NCBI GenBank assembly: GCA_907165135.1
Contig: OU015568.1
Coordinates: forward strand, 14,322,001-14,386,000
From: Oikopleura dioica
Lineage: Eukaryota > Animalia > Chordata
Direction of reading: 5' to 3'
DNA: 64,000 nt
The notes beneath the pieces were generated by a model. That model ran no database searches. It saw only the letters and a program-made list of their open reading frames with translations, and was not told the DNA's origin. The position numbers and the translations under genes are program-made. Below are positions 60,193-64,000 of this stretch, piece by piece (the first letter of the stretch is position 1; each line of letters opens with the position of its first letter).

Positions 60193-62800
60193 ATGAGGTG
60201 TCATTTGATGTCTGCCGTCTACCTCGTGGTCGGCGCAGTCGCCATTCTTGGCGCTGTACACTTGTTCCACGCAAATGACGAGCTTGGGCTGACCAAGAGG
60301 TCTTCATCGTCGTATGATGATACTCTCGTGCGTCTCGGCCACAGAAGCGAGGAAACTTCTGACTTCGACGATCGAATTGAAAAGGAGCACGATCTCAGCT
60401 TCAGGATCAATGAAATGTTAGACCAGGTCATCGAACTCGGTAAGACAAGCTGTTGTATTAACACTTTACTTGCACTAACGAAGCTTTATCTGAATCCGAA
60501 TCGTTTCAAATGCTGAAATTCAGAGGCACTCAAAACGCACCACTTTGATGCTATGCTAAAACTGATAAGTAACGCTCAAGAACAGCACAAGATTGACCCA
60601 CATAGAGCAGAAGCGATTAAATCAAAAGTGAGAACGAGTAAACTTTTGTGGTCAAAAACATCGACGACAACTACCACTACTACTACCACGAAAAGCACGA
60701 AAGCACCTACTATCAATTCACCTGTTGATAAAGCCGGTAAATTTCGCTAATACCCTACTACTAATAGCCTATTAGTAAACCATCATTTGTTGAAAAACCC
60801 TGAAAATCTTGTATAGGATTTCCTCCTATAGGAGCTGCCGTTGCCCAAGTCCCTGCTGTGCCCGCCGTTCCCGCTGTCGCTCAAAGAGGACCTCCCCAGA
60901 AAACAACACCATCACCTGAACAGCTCAAAATGCGCGAAGAAGCGGAGAAACTTGTCCCGAAGCCTTCCATGAACCCATTCCGGCCTGTCACATCGTCGAT
61001 CGAGGATGACGCCAAGTTCATGAAGCTATTCAATGACAAGAGACGTTTCATGTACGCCGAGCGAGAAAAGATTGAGGAAAAGAATTTCCAGGGTATGAAA
61101 AACAAAGCCAGGGTCGCTGCTGATCAGAGATACAAGGTCTTGCTCGAAAATAGAAAAGTAGATGAAAGCTACAAACCGGCGAAGGTACTTTTAAATAAAA
61201 GGCTCCTTCTTCAACAGAAAATTTAAGCCACCAGCAGCTGGGGCGAAATTCGATCCCCAAAAGCGTGAATGGACGATCACCGACCGACCCACTCCAACTC
61301 CTGGGCCTCCAACGACGACGACGCAGAACCCCCTGACTGATGATGATTTAACAAAAGTAAGAGAACAAATCCAACTGATAAACGATCAGGCAGCTCATGG
61401 GCCGTACTCAAAGGCAAGTTGACTTCTTGATGTCTTTTGCTAATCAGTTTTAGGACGCTGGGGAATACTATGATAACATATTCCTGATTCAAGTGCATTC
61501 TCGTACTGATTTCACTAAATTCTTTTTGGAAACTGTTTCGAAGCAGCCGAATCTTTCAAAATCCAAGAATCTCATCGGTAAAGCCCCGAATATCTTCAAT
61601 TTTTAAGCCCCTTTCAGTGATTTCCCATGATATCTGGCGCGAGGACATGAACTTCCTGACCCAAAACATCGCTGACTCTGGACTGGACATTCCATTTGTA
61701 AACATCTTCTTTCCTAAATCCGTTCTCTTCTACAAAAATGAATTCCCTGCCTCTTCACCTGAGGATTGTCCAGTAAAAATCGGCTACGATGGAGCGCAAG
61801 AGGCAAAATGCCAAAATCGAGAGTGGTTTGACACTTTCGATAACTACAGGTAGTAGTATTTTTACGACGCTAAAACCAAATAGAATATAGAGAGCCTCAT
61901 ATTGTTAATATCAAACATCATTGGTGGTGGAAATTGAATTTCGTGAACCAATACTTTAAATTTGGTTATTTGATCCTTGTCGAAGAAGATCATGCGTTAT
62001 CTGAAGATGCTCTTCACGTTCTCGATCTCATGAAAGACATCAGAGTTGAGAAGGGTAATTCACTGTTTTAAATTATGCCGACGTTTATCTGATTTGTAGG
62101 AGCTGACTTGATCGCCCTTGGACACTACACGAACAATTTAAAACTTGGGACGAAGGTAACTACCTATCAAATTCATCATATACATATTTCATTGCGTTAG
62201 CTATCAAAAACACCTCCAGAGCAAGTTAAAGTGGAAGAGTGGTTCTCTGGCGCTTACAACATGGCGATGGCAGTTTCAAAACGATGGGTTGATGATGTCA
62301 TCGCCATGGCCTACGACTTCTGGTGAGATTTGTCTACAGATACAGAGTTAATATTTTTGAAAGTGCCTATGATGACTATAACTGGGACTGGACGCTTCTT
62401 CACCTGTCAAGAGAGATTCTAACACAACAACCAGGAAAACAGCCTTGGAAAGTCATGGTTCCTATTTTGCCTAGGTCACAGCATCTGGGAATTACTGGCT
62501 GTGGAGTTCACTTTACAAAAGGTAGAGGAGCCCTTGTTAATTATCTAAATCAAAATTGCCAAAGGTGGCTGCAACTTCGAAAACATCAAATCCATGTTCG
62601 AAAAAGACCAAGCCGTCCTGATGAATTCTGGGAAAATGTTTCCCCAAAGTCTCACTGTAGCCAGTCTGGCGAAGAAAAAATCAAGTTCCATCACCAGAAA
62701 TGGAGGATGGGGCGACCTTCGAGATATTCTTATGTGCCTTGAGTACCCGAAAAATGCCCTTGATATTGATATGTCTTTTCTTGAAAAGATTAAGATATAA
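60193..62800 (+). CDS. MGAT2: N-acetylglucosaminyltransferase II (GT16) with a long stem region
   Basis: Type II TM; ISHD, FFPKS..Y.NEFP..P.DCP, KHHWWWKLNFV, EEDH, NMAMA, C.YDDYNWDWTL, GGWGD.RD..C. Confidence 0.92.
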
Positions 62801-63356
62801 ACCAAACTAATTTAATTAGTTTATGTAGCTAGATACATATTTTGTTACATTTTATTTATAATATATTTGCTAAATATATTTGTACAACTCGCAACAAAAA
62901 ATACTTAAAAATGAAGCCCGCTAAATTGTTTCGTTTTATTCGAATTTGTACGTTTTTAATGTTTACTCAAAGCCACACGAAATTGAAATTTTACCTCATT
63001 TTCTGTATAAATCCGAATAAATTATTGGCCTTTGCTTTTAGCTTTCTTTCCTGGTGAAAAGTTCAGTCTTTCTAGTTCTAAAATAACCAAAATAAAGAAT
63101 TTATAACAAGGTTATTTTCTTAGTTTCAAGCTCTAGTTGCTTCTATGTGTATATCTGTTTTTCAACCTTATTAAATACGCTTCTCTTCATCTTTTTCTGT
63201 AATTCATATTTTCAAAAATCCCGTATCCGCAATTCCGAATATATTTTGCCCCTTTTTCCTTCTGCAGTCCCCTGTTATCGAGTTCATTATGATGCCAAAA
63301 ATACAGTAAATCGCAAGAACACTAAATTCCTCTTCAAACTGAAAATCTAAGACAAG

Positions 63357-63745
63357 ATGTCGGACAGTGATAATGAAGTTGTCGCCGAAATCGATATCGG
63401 ACACGATGGTATTTGAATCTATAAGAATCAGTCACTAATTTTTCTTCCAGCACAATGGCTTGAGCAGCCTATTGACCCTGGCCTGACCCACCGATGGACC
63501 ATCTATCTCCGAGGCAAAGAAGGCGGCAAGATCGAAAAGTACATCAAGAGCGTCACATTCAAACTCCACGAGACCTTTCCTAATCCCCATCGCTTGTTAG
63601 AGAGCGTTCCGTTTCAAATCACCGAGAATGGCTATGCCGGCTTCTTGGTCCCAATCGAGATAGTCTTTCGCAACGGACTGACTACTGAGTTGAAATACGA
63701 GCTTCAGTTGTTAACTGGACGCGATTGTGCTGCTAAAAGGACTGG
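63357..63745 (+). CDS. YEATS-domain protein (AF9/ENL-like), continuing 3' of the recognisable exons
   Basis: THRWTIYLRG..IEKYIKSVTFKLHETFPNPHR..PFQITENGYAGF.VPIEIVF. Confidence 0.88.
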
Positions 63746-64000
63746 CAAAGCAACATTCTATAATTGAAAGAGTCTATTTGCTATTTTTTGAAAAAATCAC
63801 GTGCTTGCAATCACTTTATCATGATCGATTTACGTAGCAAATCCTTTGTTCTATTATTAAAGTTTAAAAAAGAAAACTTTATATTTACTTCTATAGCGTA
63901 AATATTATTGTCACGGCAAAGATATCAAATTCGATAGCTACGGTTTCTGATTCTCAGATTTAGCCAATAGATCAAAATCTGTAGCTAGAATTTTTCTCGC

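Overview
Gene-dense eukaryotic DNA with very short introns, some candidate non-GT donors, and tightly spaced same-strand genes with a splice acceptor just before the ATG. These traits fit a larvacean tunicate (Oikopleura dioica-like); the species is inferred from style, not from a database search. Recognisable genes: TGF-beta type I receptor, tRNA-Phe, a multi-RRM protein, KIF23/MKLP1, dynein light chain LC8, a divergent PP2A-B56, FAM166/CIMIP2, monoglyceride lipase, an MS4A-like protein, cyclophilin B, an astacin protease, mitofusin, SPT6, a Bcl-2-like protein, HIBADH, an SLC5 symporter, MGAT2 and an AF9/ENL-type YEATS protein. Non-autonomous DNA transposons of several superfamilies (Kolobok-like TTAA, hAT 8 bp, Mutator-like 9 bp, Harbinger-like TTA) are present, some nested. 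Top findings: (1) a 755-bp TTAA-flanked MITE lies in a coding exon of an otherwise intact MGLL gene, and its TSD plus termini form a GA-AG intron whose removal restores the reading frame exactly (a candidate orientation-independent introner); (2) an animal SPT6 with two large WG/GW (Argonaute-hook-like) repeat regions; (3) a type I receptor with Glu at the T204D/Q207D activating position and no FKBP12-binding Leu-Pro; (4) nested transposons with verifiable TSDs.
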